From: Bacilli bacterium
Lineage (GTDB): Bacteria; Bacillota_I; Bacilli_A; RF39; UBA660
DNA length: 64,000 bases
Direction: 5' to 3'
Assembly (NCBI GenBank): GCA_900758495.1
Contig: CAAERO010000019.1
Span: 14,252-78,251 of the forward strand
The notes under the pieces are model-generated. The model was given only the letters and a program-made list of their open reading frames with translations, did not search any database and was not told the origin of the DNA. Positions 26,608-35,906 of the stretch are shown one piece after another (position 1 is the stretch's first letter; every line of letters begins with the position of its first letter). The position numbers and the translations under genes were made by a program.

Positions 26608-26627
26608 AGAGCTAGGAAACTAGCTCT
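26608..26627 (+). terminator. GAAA-capped hairpin just upstream of tRNA-Met (weak terminator or processing signal)
   Basis: AGAGCTAG-GAAA-CTAGCTCT. Only a short, interrupted T-run follows. Confidence 0.45.
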
Positions 26628-26630
26628 TAT

Positions 26631-26702
26631 TGTGGGGTGGAGCAGTGGTAGCTCGTAAGGCTCATAACCTTAAGGTCGTAGGTTCGAATCCTACCCCCGC
26701 AA
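26631..26702 (+). tRNA. tRNA-Met (anticodon CAU), initiator-like
   Basis: UGUGGGG-UG-GAGC-AGUGGUA-GCUC-G-UAAGG-CUCAUAA-CCUUA-AGGUC-GUAGG-UUCGAAU-CCUAC-CCCCGCA-A. Very similar to E. coli tRNA-fMet as I recall it (CGCGGGGUGGAGCAG..GGUAGCUCG..CUCAUAA..CCCCGCAA), but with a U1-A72 pair and only two G-C pairs next to the anticodon loop. Confidence 0.85.
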
Positions 26703-26721
26703 CTAACTAAACTTTAATGAT

Positions 26722-28719
26722 ATGCAAATACGTGGAAAGACGGTATTTGTATTCGATATCGAGGTATTTCAAAATATCTTTCACTGTTCTGTTAAAAATA
26801 CAGAAACAGGAGAAATATATAAGTTTGAAATCTCTGAAAGAAAGAACCAACTAAGAGAATTAGTAAAGTTCTTTAAACAAGTAGATTCTTACATAAAATG
26901 GGGAGATTTCTATACTACAGATTTAGAAATAAAATCTGAGATTATCTTTTGTGGATATAATAATCTACATTATGATAATCCTATAATAAACTATATTATA
27001 GAGTATGAAGACAAACTCATGAGTTATAATGTAGCTACAATATGTAGTTCTATATTTAACTTAAGTAGGACTATTACTACTTCTACAGAAGATGATATAG
27101 AAACTTGGAAACATTGGAAGTATCAGATTTGGTTTGATACTTTTGATTTACTTACTATGCTTTACTCTAATAAACTTAGAGTAAGTTTGAAAGAAATTCA
27201 AGTAACTATGCAATATCCTAATGTACAAGAATTTGTATGTGATTGGAGTAAGCCTCTTCCATTAGAAGATTTTGACAATATGATTGATTATAATATCAAT
27301 GATATTGAATCAACTACAGAGCTTTTAAATAGATGTAAGAAAGATATTGACTTACGTATAGCTATTGAAGACGAATACGGTGTACGAGTCCTTAGTAAGG
27401 ATGGTGTAAACATTGGAATGAAGATTTTAACTCAAAAGTATCTTGAAAAAACAGGTCTAACCTGGTGGGATATTGAAGGATTAAGATCACCAATGGATTA
27501 TATACCATTAAAGGATGTAATACTACCGTTTATTAAATATGATAGTCCTATCTTACAGGAAGTACTAAATGATATGAAAAATCAGATAGTATCTCCTGGT
27601 AGAAAAGGCTACGAAAATAACTTCGTATTTAATGGTTTACGTTACACTGTAGGAGTAGGAGGGATTCATTCTAAAAATGATCCTGAAATTATTATTCCTA
27701 AAGAAGATGAAATGCTCATTGACATCGATGTCGCATCACTATACCCAAGTATGTTAATAGAATATGGATTTTACCCTAAACATTTAGGTCCTGAATTCTT
27801 AGAAGTATATTCTCAAATTAAAGATGAGAGAATAGAAGCAAAACATAATGGAGATAAAGTGAAAAATGAGACATTAAAGTTAGCGTTAAATGGTTTGTCA
27901 GGTAATCTACAAAATCAACATAACTTCTGTTATAGTCCTTTCGCAGTAATGCAAATTAGGATAAATGGACAGTTATTATTGCTAATGTTAGCTGAAAAGC
28001 TAACACAAATAGGATGTCGAATCGTCCAGGCAAATACTGATGGTCTGTTTGTATTACTTAAGAAAAGTATATATGAACAGGCTAACAAGATTTGTCGAGA
28101 ATGGGAACAACTTACAAGACTTACTCTTGAAGAAGAGCGTTTTGAAGCTATGTACCAATATGCAATTAATGACTACATTGCAGTTAAAGAAGGATATAAG
28201 GAAACTAAAAATCCTGATTTAATTAAGACAAAAGGTATGTTTATTACTAAAGTACTATTAGGTAAGGGATTATCTGCAAAGATAATACCTGAAGCTATTA
28301 TAAAGTACTTTGTAGATGGTATACCAGTAGAAGACACTATAAAAGGATGTACAGATATACGTAAATTCTTAATGTCTGAGAAAACTGGTAAACAATGGCA
28401 TGTTGAATACATGAACCAAGAACAACAGCGAACTAATCGTTTCTATGCATCTACTAATGGTGGATACTTATGGAAATGGAAATATACAGGTCATGCAGAA
28501 GGTGAAGTAGTAGAATACTATGAACCTTATGTAGGAAGACAAAGCTATATTGTAAAAGAAAAGTCATATCAGAATATGCTTACTGCATCTGGTGTTACTC
28601 TTTTGAATAAGTTCGATGATAAACCAATTGAAGAACGCAAAATTAATTACAGATATTATCTTAGAGAAGCTCTAAAGATAATTGAAGAATTACAACCAAG
28701 ACAATTAGAACTGTTTTAA
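26722..28719 (+). CDS. polB: Family B DNA polymerase with 3'-5' exonuclease domain
   Basis: Exo motifs VFDIEVF, YNNLHYDNPII, YNINDIEST. Pol motif A DIDVASLYPSML (DxxSLYPS), motif B KLALNGLSGNL, motif C QANTDGLFV. Confidence 0.85.
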   Translation: MQIRGKTVFVFDIEVFQNIFHCSVKNTETGEIYKFEISERKNQLRELVKFFKQVDSYIKWGDFYTTDLEIKSEIIFCGYNNLHYDNPIINYIIEYEDKLMSYNVATICSSIFNLSRTITTSTEDDIETWKHWKYQIWFDTFDLLTMLYSNKLRVSLKEIQVTMQYPNVQEFVCDWSKPLPLEDFDNMIDYNINDIESTTELLNRCKKDIDLRIAIEDEYGVRVLSKDGVNIGMKILTQKYLEKTGLTWWDIEGLRSPMDYIPLKDVILPFIKYDSPILQEVLNDMKNQIVSPGRKGYENNFVFNGLRYTVGVGGIHSKNDPEIIIPKEDEMLIDIDVASLYPSMLIEYGFYPKHLGPEFLEVYSQIKDERIEAKHNGDKVKNETLKLALNGLSGNLQNQHNFCYSPFAVMQIRINGQLLLLMLAEKLTQIGCRIVQANTDGLFVLLKKSIYEQANKICREWEQLTRLTLEEERFEAMYQYAINDYIAVKEGYKETKNPDLIKTKGMFITKVLLGKGLSAKIIPEAIIKYFVDGIPVEDTIKGCTDIRKFLMSEKTGKQWHVEYMNQEQQRTNRFYASTNGGYLWKWKYTGHAEGEVVEYYEPYVGRQSYIVKEKSYQNMLTASGVTLLNKFDDKPIEERKINYRYYLREALKIIEELQPRQLELF

Positions 28720-28767
28720 CAGAATCTAACATATTGTATCAAAATTTTAGGATTGTCATAAACTTTA

Positions 28768-29337
28768 ATGCTTATGATACTAGAACTAGATACATCTCTA
28801 TTAAACAAGTATAATATTTCAATAAATCAATTAGTATTTATTTCTCTTGTATTGAATGATAATCAACCTAATAATCAAGACATTCAGGAACTTCTCAGCC
28901 GAGTTAATGAAGAAGAGATACAAGAGTTAATTCAACGTAACATTGTTGTAGTAAATATTTCTGACAACAATCAAATTTATAGTCCTTCAGAAGAACTACT
29001 TAAGTCTATTAAAAAAGATAGAGAAAGTATGTTCAATGAGTTCTATGAAGTATTTCCAGTTTATGTTACAAGGCCTGATGGTACAAAAGGCTTTCTAAGA
29101 GCTAATATAAACAAATGTAGAAAGGAATATAACCGTATCATAGGTAAATCCAAAGCAATGCATAATCATATTATGGCTTGTCTGAGGTACGAAATAGATG
29201 ATAAAATGCGAACAGGCAAAATAGGTTATATGAAAACTATGTGGAAATGGCTCACTCAACATGAGTGGGAATATTACGAAGAGCAAATGAACTTAGAACA
29301 ACAAACAGCAAATAGTTATGGAACAGGAATCCTTTAA
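28768..29337 (+). CDS. Hypothetical replication-module protein (189 aa)
   Basis: Intact ORF between polB and the helicase. No family assigned. Confidence 0.65.
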   Translation: MLMILELDTSLLNKYNISINQLVFISLVLNDNQPNNQDIQELLSRVNEEEIQELIQRNIVVVNISDNNQIYSPSEELLKSIKKDRESMFNEFYEVFPVYVTRPDGTKGFLRANINKCRKEYNRIIGKSKAMHNHIMACLRYEIDDKMRTGKIGYMKTMWKWLTQHEWEYYEEQMNLEQQTANSYGTGIL

Positions 29338-30292
29338 AACATTACCGTTTAAAACAATAGCTGAAGTAACAGATGAATCTGTTAGATATATTCAAGCTAG
29401 AAAGGATAAGACAATTGTGCCTTTAAAAACACGATGGTCTAAGTTCAATAAAGTTTGCTGTGGTGGATTAGAACCAAATATGATTTTAACAATCGCAGGA
29501 GGTTCAGGTTCTGGTAAATCAGCATTTGCGAATACGCTTGAAACTGATTTAATTGATTTGAATACCGATCAGGATATTGTAATCTTAGATTTTTCGTTTG
29601 AGATGCTTAGTTATAGACAAATTGGTCGAAAGTTAAGTAATCGATTAAGACGCACTACCTCGGAATTATATAGTGCGAATGACAGTATAGATGATGCTAC
29701 TTTAGATAAAGTTAAAGAAGAAGCAGAAAAAATTAAAAAGTATCAAATATTTTATATTGATACTCCTAGTACTGTAGAAAGTATCGAAAAAACTATAGAT
29801 TATTTTCACAAAACAATAGCTAAGGATAAATGGCTTATTGTTATACTTGACCATGCCTTACTTGTAGAAGGCGAAAGTGAACGTGGAACAATAGTCGATT
29901 TACAGAAAATGTTTATTCGTAAAAAGAAATTATCTAATACGAGTATTATACAGATTTCACAGATGAATCGAAATATTGAACAACCTGATAGGATAAACAA
30001 TCCTTCTATGCATTATCCTATGCGTAGTGATTTAGCTGCATCAGATGCAATATTCCAAGCTAGTGATTATGTGATAGCTTTATCACGTCCAGAATTACTT
30101 AATATACTTAGCTATGGAGTTAATCGCTTACCTGTAAAAGACAAGGTATATCTTCATTTCTTAAAAGTAAGAGATGCTGGAGAACCATGTATATTAGAGT
30201 TTAACAATGAGCTTAAGTATGGTAATCTGATAGAAGCTAGTCCGAGTACTACGATGCAGCATACAGTAGTATTTAATAATAAAGTAGGCTGA
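29318..30292 (+). CDS. DnaB-family replicative helicase (RecA-like C-terminal domain only)
   Basis: Walker A TIAGGSGSGKSAFA, Walker B WLIVILDHALLV, and IIQISQMNRNIE (an SQxNR motif). Confidence 0.75.
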   Translation: MEQESFKTLPFKTIAEVTDESVRYIQARKDKTIVPLKTRWSKFNKVCCGGLEPNMILTIAGGSGSGKSAFANTLETDLIDLNTDQDIVILDFSFEMLSYRQIGRKLSNRLRRTTSELYSANDSIDDATLDKVKEEAEKIKKYQIFYIDTPSTVESIEKTIDYFHKTIAKDKWLIVILDHALLVEGESERGTIVDLQKMFIRKKKLSNTSIIQISQMNRNIEQPDRINNPSMHYPMRSDLAASDAIFQASDYVIALSRPELLNILSYGVNRLPVKDKVYLHFLKVRDAGEPCILEFNNELKYGNLIEASPSTTMQHTVVFNNKVG

Positions 30293-30296
30293 AATT

Positions 30297-30827
30297 ATGA
30301 AAAATATTTTAACTATATCTCTTCCGAACAAAAAGTGTGATAAGAATGGTATTTATAAGAACTATTTGCTAAAGCGTTTAGCTCTTACTTATCCTGAGTT
30401 GTTAATCGATGGTATCGATACTGAAGAGACACCGTTTAGTTATCAGTATATTGGACCAAGCGATAAGATTCGTTTTGGTGCAGACTTATATTCTGCATGC
30501 GACGTAGCTAAGTATCGGAAGTGTACTTATTGTCCGTTTGCAGAAGAAAACTATAGCCTTGCAACACAGTTTGAATTGGCTATGAAAAAATTAGATGATT
30601 ACGCTAAACTTCGCCGTGATTATCGTAAACCGTTATATGATTTCCGTTTGCCGGATGGTACTCCTGTTAAAGAGTACGGAAATTTTATTCAGGTAGGTTA
30701 TAAGCTTATCCCGAAGTATAATCGTGGATATATTATGTCTTTACCTCGCGAAGAAAAGACTATCATTAATAACATTATTGTTATGATTAATAACAATACT
30801 GAAATTAATGCTTCATTAAATCTTTAA
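30297..30827 (+). CDS. Hypothetical protein (176 aa)
   Basis: Intact ORF. Confidence 0.65.
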   Translation: MKNILTISLPNKKCDKNGIYKNYLLKRLALTYPELLIDGIDTEETPFSYQYIGPSDKIRFGADLYSACDVAKYRKCTYCPFAEENYSLATQFELAMKKLDDYAKLRRDYRKPLYDFRLPDGTPVKEYGNFIQVGYKLIPKYNRGYIMSLPREEKTIINNIIVMINNNTEINASLNL

Positions 30828-30907
30828 TTTACTTTACAATATCAGATTCTTTCAGATTATATCAAATACTATCATATTAGATGTAAAGTAGTATAACCTA
30901 ATTTATT

Positions 30908-31648
30908 ATGTTAATACTACCAACTGAAAAGAATAAACCAAAGGTGCAGAATCCACGATTTCTGATACTTTTCGGTAAACCAAAAGCTGGTAAAACGACT
31001 TTACTTTCTATGCTTGAAGGTTGTCTCATTATAGACTTAGAAGGTGGTTCTGAGTTCTTAGAAGCACTTTCTATTCAAGCAAGAAGCGTTAATGATTTAG
31101 CTGAAATAGCAAATCAAATTAGACAAAAGATTACTCAAACAGGTACAAAACCCTATAAGTATATTGCAATTGATAATGCAACTCGCTTAGAGGAAATCTG
31201 TTTACCTTATGCTGCTACTTTATATCGTCAAACTCCTATGGGTAAGACGTATAAGGGTAATGATGTAAGACAGCTTCCTAATGGATCCGGTTATTTATAT
31301 CTTAGAGAGGCAGTAAAGAAAGTAATTTTTATGTTTAAAGAACTATGTGATAACTTCATCCTTATTGGTCATACTAAAGATAAAATGATTAATAAGGATG
31401 GTGAAGAGCTTACAGAAATGGCAATAGACCTAGTTGGAAGATTAGGAGACATTGTTTGTGGTGAAGCAGATGCTGTAGGTTATGTCTATCGTAAAAAGAA
31501 TGAGACTCATATCTCATTCGAAGGTGGAGATAACTCAGTACGTGAAGCCAGAGCTCCTCACTTAAGAGGAAAGAACATAGTTATTGCAGAAAGTAATGAG
31601 AACAATGAGATTACAACTCATTGGGATCGAATCTATTTACCAGAATAA
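30908..31648 (+). CDS. AAA_24 / Sak4-like RecA-fold ATPase
   Basis: Walker A FLILFGKPKAGKTTLLS and Walker B-like YKYIAIDNATRLEE. The size and its position next to an SSB-like gene fit this family. Confidence 0.6.
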   Translation: MLILPTEKNKPKVQNPRFLILFGKPKAGKTTLLSMLEGCLIIDLEGGSEFLEALSIQARSVNDLAEIANQIRQKITQTGTKPYKYIAIDNATRLEEICLPYAATLYRQTPMGKTYKGNDVRQLPNGSGYLYLREAVKKVIFMFKELCDNFILIGHTKDKMINKDGEELTEMAIDLVGRLGDIVCGEADAVGYVYRKKNETHISFEGGDNSVREARAPHLRGKNIVIAESNENNEITTHWDRIYLPE

Positions 31649-31659
31649 AACACATTGAT

Positions 31660-32295
31660 ATGTATAGTAAAGAAAGAGCGCAACAGATAACAAAGAATGA
31701 CGTTAAGTTTATTCCTGCAGGTATTCAAGAGAATGTAGCATTGAAAAGTGCACGTGTAGCTGAATCTCCTACAGGTAGAAAGTTTTTTGAAGTAGTATTT
31801 GAGAAAAACGGAGCAACTCTAACTCAAACAGAATGGAAGCCCGATAATAAAAACGGACAACTTAGTGATGAAGATGTACAGAGAAAGGAAGATAATCAGT
31901 TCTCTCGTACTATGCAGTTGCTTCTTTGTTTTTACAAAGACGAAGAACTTGTATTTAACGGTACTAATTTTGAAGAATTTGCAAAAGAAGTAGTAGACTA
32001 TTTGAATAAAGCAGATAAGTCTAAACTTCTGCGTGTTAAAATTGTATATAACGATAAGGGTTATACTACTCTTCCGTCATATGCAAAATATACTTTTATT
32101 GAGCCTATGATATTGCCTGAAGGTCAAACTTCAGCAATTACAGAACTGCGTATTGACAATTTTACTAAGCCAGTAGTTGCAGATGTTGAGACACCTGTAG
32201 CTAATCCGGGTCCTAGTGAAAGCATCAGTATCTCACCTACAGTAGAAGCTGCAGTAGAGAACAATGCAGAGAATCCTTACGGATTGCCGTTTTAA
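31660..32295 (+). CDS. Probable single-stranded DNA-binding protein
   Basis: ATG at 31660 in the frame of track ORF 31621..32295. The C-terminal tail ...AENPYGLPF resembles the SSB tip motif (D-I-P-F type). Sits in the replication module. Confidence 0.45.
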   Translation: MYSKERAQQITKNDVKFIPAGIQENVALKSARVAESPTGRKFFEVVFEKNGATLTQTEWKPDNKNGQLSDEDVQRKEDNQFSRTMQLLLCFYKDEELVFNGTNFEEFAKEVVDYLNKADKSKLLRVKIVYNDKGYTTLPSYAKYTFIEPMILPEGQTSAITELRIDNFTKPVVADVETPVANPGPSESISISPTVEAAVENNAENPYGLPF

Positions 32296-32340
32296 TAGGA
32301 CAATAAAATCTTAAGCCTACGCTAGGCATAATATAGCGAT

Positions 32341-32414
32341 ACGTGAGTAGCATACCGCCATGTGAGTCTTTAGACAAAATAATGGATTACTAATAGTATG
32401 CACTCACGTTTTTT
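32341..32414 (+). terminator. Long-stem intrinsic terminator
   Basis: ACGTGAGT(A)GCATAC (32341-32355) pairs with GTATGCACTCACGT (32396-32409), followed by T6. Confidence 0.7.
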
Positions 32415-32443
32415 ATTTGTAGAACTAAAAAATCAATTTTTAT

Positions 32444-33610
32444 ATGAGATTATCAAAATTTATTAATAAAACTTTCCTTAAGAAAACAGGTACAGATGCA
32501 GAGATAGTAGATACTAAGTACACAATTCAGAACATTAACACAAGAGATGGAGTTAATGTAAAACGAGATGAATTGAAAGTAGGAGATATTATCTATGCTG
32601 CTATATCTACTACTATAAAAGAAAATGGAAAGAAAAAGCGATTAAACTTAAGAAAAGATATCTACCAACTTAAAGACTCATATGGTAGATTTACGTTTAT
32701 CGATTATCTTGGTAATGAGTACAAGACATCTTTGACGGCTATTAAGATTATTAATTATTTATCTGCTAAGCAGAAAGAAGCAGAAATAAATGATTTACTT
32801 GATAAGCATGAAAAAGAACTTATAGAAGCAGAGAGACTAAAGTATCTAGAGGAGAGTAAACGACTAGGATTTAAGTTTACTGACCTTGAGCCAGAAGATA
32901 AGTTACGTAGAACTATTGACGCTGGCATAAAGAATATATGGATGGTTGGTCCAGCAGGATGCGGCAAGAGTACAATGGCAAGAAATGTAGCTAAAGAGCT
33001 AGAATTACCTTACCTTTGTATTAGTTGCGGCATTGGTACTTCGGCTACCGAGTTTATTGGTTATAAGTATCCGACGCGTGAAAAGACTCGTTTTGCAGAG
33101 TTTTACGCTGAGCCATCTATTATATTGATTGACGAGATAACGGCATTAGATCCTGCAGTTGCACAGATCTTAAATGCAGCGTTAGCTAACGATGAAATTG
33201 AGACTACTACGGGCTTAGTTCATCGACATCCAAACTGTATTATTATTGCTACTAGTAATACTTTTGGTTTTGGATGTGATCGTCAATATGTAGCAAATAA
33301 CCAGTTAGATGCGTCCACTATAGACCGCTTTGTTGGTGGTATTGTAGAGGTTACGTACTCTGCTAAATTTGAAGATAGATACGATGCAGAAGTTGTAGAA
33401 TATGTCCGAATTCTTAGAGCTTTCGTTCAAGAGCAGAATTTACGAAAAGTATGTTCTACTCGTATGATTCAAGCGGGTCATAATCTCAAATATCATCATT
33501 TCATGGATTGGAAATGGCGTCTGACTATTAACTGGACAGACAATGAGAAAGAGCAGTTAACTAGATGGTTAACTGAAAAAGGAATAGAAAAAGCTATTAA
33601 GAAACATTAA
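32444..33610 (+). CDS. MoxR/AAA_5-type AAA+ ATPase
   Basis: IWMVGPAGCGKSTMARNVA (Walker A), SIILIDEITALDPAVAQILNAAL (Walker B and sensor), CIIIATSNTFG. Confidence 0.7.
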   Translation: MRLSKFINKTFLKKTGTDAEIVDTKYTIQNINTRDGVNVKRDELKVGDIIYAAISTTIKENGKKKRLNLRKDIYQLKDSYGRFTFIDYLGNEYKTSLTAIKIINYLSAKQKEAEINDLLDKHEKELIEAERLKYLEESKRLGFKFTDLEPEDKLRRTIDAGIKNIWMVGPAGCGKSTMARNVAKELELPYLCISCGIGTSATEFIGYKYPTREKTRFAEFYAEPSIILIDEITALDPAVAQILNAALANDEIETTTGLVHRHPNCIIIATSNTFGFGCDRQYVANNQLDASTIDRFVGGIVEVTYSAKFEDRYDAEVVEYVRILRAFVQEQNLRKVCSTRMIQAGHNLKYHHFMDWKWRLTINWTDNEKEQLTRWLTEKGIEKAIKKH

Positions 33611-33621
33611 ACAACTTCTAT

Positions 33622-34416
33622 ATGGTAGAATTATCTTATACGTACGATAGCATTAGTAAATTTTATGAAGACGCTCTTCATCCTACACCTGAGGGTAATA
33701 TAGAAGATACTTTGCGCCACCTACAAACTGAAGAAATAAGCTTTAGAGGTAACGATATTGCAACTATTAAAAAGAGTCAATATAGTTATACTAAAGGTCT
33801 AGCTGAAATGAAAAAGCTAGATTTAAATCTTAATTTAGGTGGTTCAAAGAGATCTTATAAATGGGATGAAACTGATGGTGATGATATTAGCTATGATCGA
33901 CTTATAGACGGTTTTCCAGCTATGAAAAAGCGAATTAAAAGTCATGGAATAGGAAGTGGACGTTTAGTAAACATATATGTAATAATATCCGAAAATTGCT
34001 GTATTGGTTCACAAGAGATGCTTGTTAAAGCCTATACTGCAATGCAGATTGTAGATTTACTCGAAAATTTAGGATATCGTGTAGCAATATATTCTTGTGA
34101 TTGTACTCTTGATTCAAGTGGTACATATAAAGGAGAAAAAGGAGTTAAATACACGGTACAAGTATGTTTAAAACGACATGAAGATTCTTTGAATCAAGGA
34201 TTAATACTTAATGGAATTAGTCCTTGGTTTTTTCGCTATTATTTATTTGCTCATCAAAAGGGTAGATATAAAAATGGTTGGGGAATGGGAAGAGCTGTAG
34301 AAATGGAGCTCGAACAGACCAGAGAGAATATTGTCATTAATCATGGAGAGTGTCTAAATAAAAGATCTGCTGATAGCAAAATAAAGCAGATAATAAAATT
34401 ATTCGGAATAGATTGA
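33622..34416 (+). CDS. Hypothetical protein (264 aa), probable partner of the MoxR-type ATPase
   Basis: Intact ORF 11 nt downstream. The partner role is inferred from gene order only. Confidence 0.6.
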   Translation: MVELSYTYDSISKFYEDALHPTPEGNIEDTLRHLQTEEISFRGNDIATIKKSQYSYTKGLAEMKKLDLNLNLGGSKRSYKWDETDGDDISYDRLIDGFPAMKKRIKSHGIGSGRLVNIYVIISENCCIGSQEMLVKAYTAMQIVDLLENLGYRVAIYSCDCTLDSSGTYKGEKGVKYTVQVCLKRHEDSLNQGLILNGISPWFFRYYLFAHQKGRYKNGWGMGRAVEMELEQTRENIVINHGECLNKRSADSKIKQIIKLFGID

Positions 34417-34789
34417 TACGTTATGCAATAAATAGCAGCTATGCCTAAATCCCGCATAGTGGTGTACAAAGATAGGTGTGAGTCCTATGATACGAAGTTT
34501 ATTTCGACGTCTTTTTAGGAAGTATAGCTTTTATCACTAGATAAAAGATTTTACTGTCCTATAAAATGGTAGCAGTACTGAATAGGGAATAGATGACTTC
34601 TGTTTAACAGATATAGGGCTATTGATTTCTTGTATTGATTACTACTATTTTCGTGCGAACACAAAGATGTAAAGTAATTTTCCAGAGATTATTCATATAT
34701 TGTCTAATATTTTTTTAAACTTTACGCCAATGTAAAATAACATATAATAACAGATTTTATCCTATAGTAGTGAGAGCTATAGGATATAC

Positions 34790-34871
34790 GGGAGATGCGT
34801 TAACTGTAATAGGTAGTACAGGTCGCCGAATGGAGATAGCGTGTGGTATGGTTCGAATCCATCCTCTCCCA
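34790..34871 (+). ncRNA. tRNA-like element with no assignable anticodon arm
   Basis: Canonical T-loop context AUGG-UUCGAAU-CCAU, acceptor-type helix GGGAGA (34790-34795) / UCUCCC (34865-34870) and A71. A D-arm-like hairpin CUGU-AAUAGGUAGU-ACAG is present. I could not fold a 5-bp/7-nt anticodon arm. GGAGAU(A)GCGU is duplicated at 34791 and 34832. An alternative outer helix AUGCGUUA (34795-34802) / UAACGCGU (34875-34882) exists. Confidence 0.45.
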
Positions 34872-34889
34872 CACTAACGCGTACAGGAT

Positions 34890-35879
34890 ATGTATGATAA
34901 AAGAAGGGTAAAGAAACCCACAGAATGTATTACTTTAGATTATATATTATCTAAGGTAACCGAATACGACATATATGCTCATTACTTAGGGCAATTCAAA
35001 GTAGGAGCTATCTATAATAGTCCATTTCGTAAGGATAAAAACCCTTCTTTTGGAGTTTATTATAGTAAGCGAACAAAACAGCTATTATTTAAAGATCACG
35101 GTACAGGAGAATGTGGAAATGTAATTAAGTTTGTATCCTTATTCACAGGAATAACAAACTATAATGATATTCTTAAGGATATTATTAAACAATTGCATAT
35201 TACTCCTGATACTACTTTAGATAATAGTAAGCAGTATACTCCATCTACAGATACTGTTATTGGAGTAGTACGCCAGGACTTTACTTCAACTGATATAAAT
35301 TACTGGCAACAATTTAATATATCTAAGGAAACATTAAAGAAATTTAATGTTAATAGTATTAAATACTATTTATGCAATGGTATTGTAAAAGGTATTTATA
35401 AACCTGAAAATCCTATGTATGCTTATAAAGTATACAATAACTTTAAAATTTATAGACCATTAGCAGATAAATATACAAAATGGCGTAATAACTTAACTGA
35501 ATATGACATTCAAGGTTATGCTCAATTACCTAAAAAAGGAGATGTATTATTTATAACTAAAAGTATGAAAGATGTAATGTGCCTTTATGAGATGGGAATA
35601 CCCGCAATATCTCCTTCATCTGAAAGTACTTTTATTCCTAATGATATATTAGAGGATCTTAAGAAGCGTTTTAAGCGCATTATAATCCTGTTTGATAGAG
35701 ACCCAGCAGGAGTAAGATATAGTCGTAAAATAAGCCTTAAAATGGGCTTAGAAGCTTGTTTTATACCAAAGTATTTAAATGCAAAAGATGTATCGGATGC
35801 TATAAAATTAAATAACTTTGAAATTGTAAAAAAAGAAATAGAGAAAATTGTTAACAAACAATATAAACATGCGTTATAA
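34890..35879 (+). CDS. DnaG-like DNA primase (Toprim)
   Basis: NSPFRKDKNPSFGVYY resembles the DnaG CPFHxEKTPSF motif without the Cys ligands. Toprim-like VLFITKSMKDVMCLYEMGIPAISPSSE ... IIILFDRDPAG. Confidence 0.6.
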   Translation: MYDKRRVKKPTECITLDYILSKVTEYDIYAHYLGQFKVGAIYNSPFRKDKNPSFGVYYSKRTKQLLFKDHGTGECGNVIKFVSLFTGITNYNDILKDIIKQLHITPDTTLDNSKQYTPSTDTVIGVVRQDFTSTDINYWQQFNISKETLKKFNVNSIKYYLCNGIVKGIYKPENPMYAYKVYNNFKIYRPLADKYTKWRNNLTEYDIQGYAQLPKKGDVLFITKSMKDVMCLYEMGIPAISPSSESTFIPNDILEDLKKRFKRIIILFDRDPAGVRYSRKISLKMGLEACFIPKYLNAKDVSDAIKLNNFEIVKKEIEKIVNKQYKHAL

Positions 35880-35906
35880 TATTATATGTTTATATAATTT
35901 AACAGC

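Noticed and set aside
34841-34871. A tRNA 3' fragment serving as attP for integration
   Set aside because: No integrase or recombinase gene is present in this window, and a matching 5' strand is present locally. This cannot be excluded without the full genome and host tRNA comparison.
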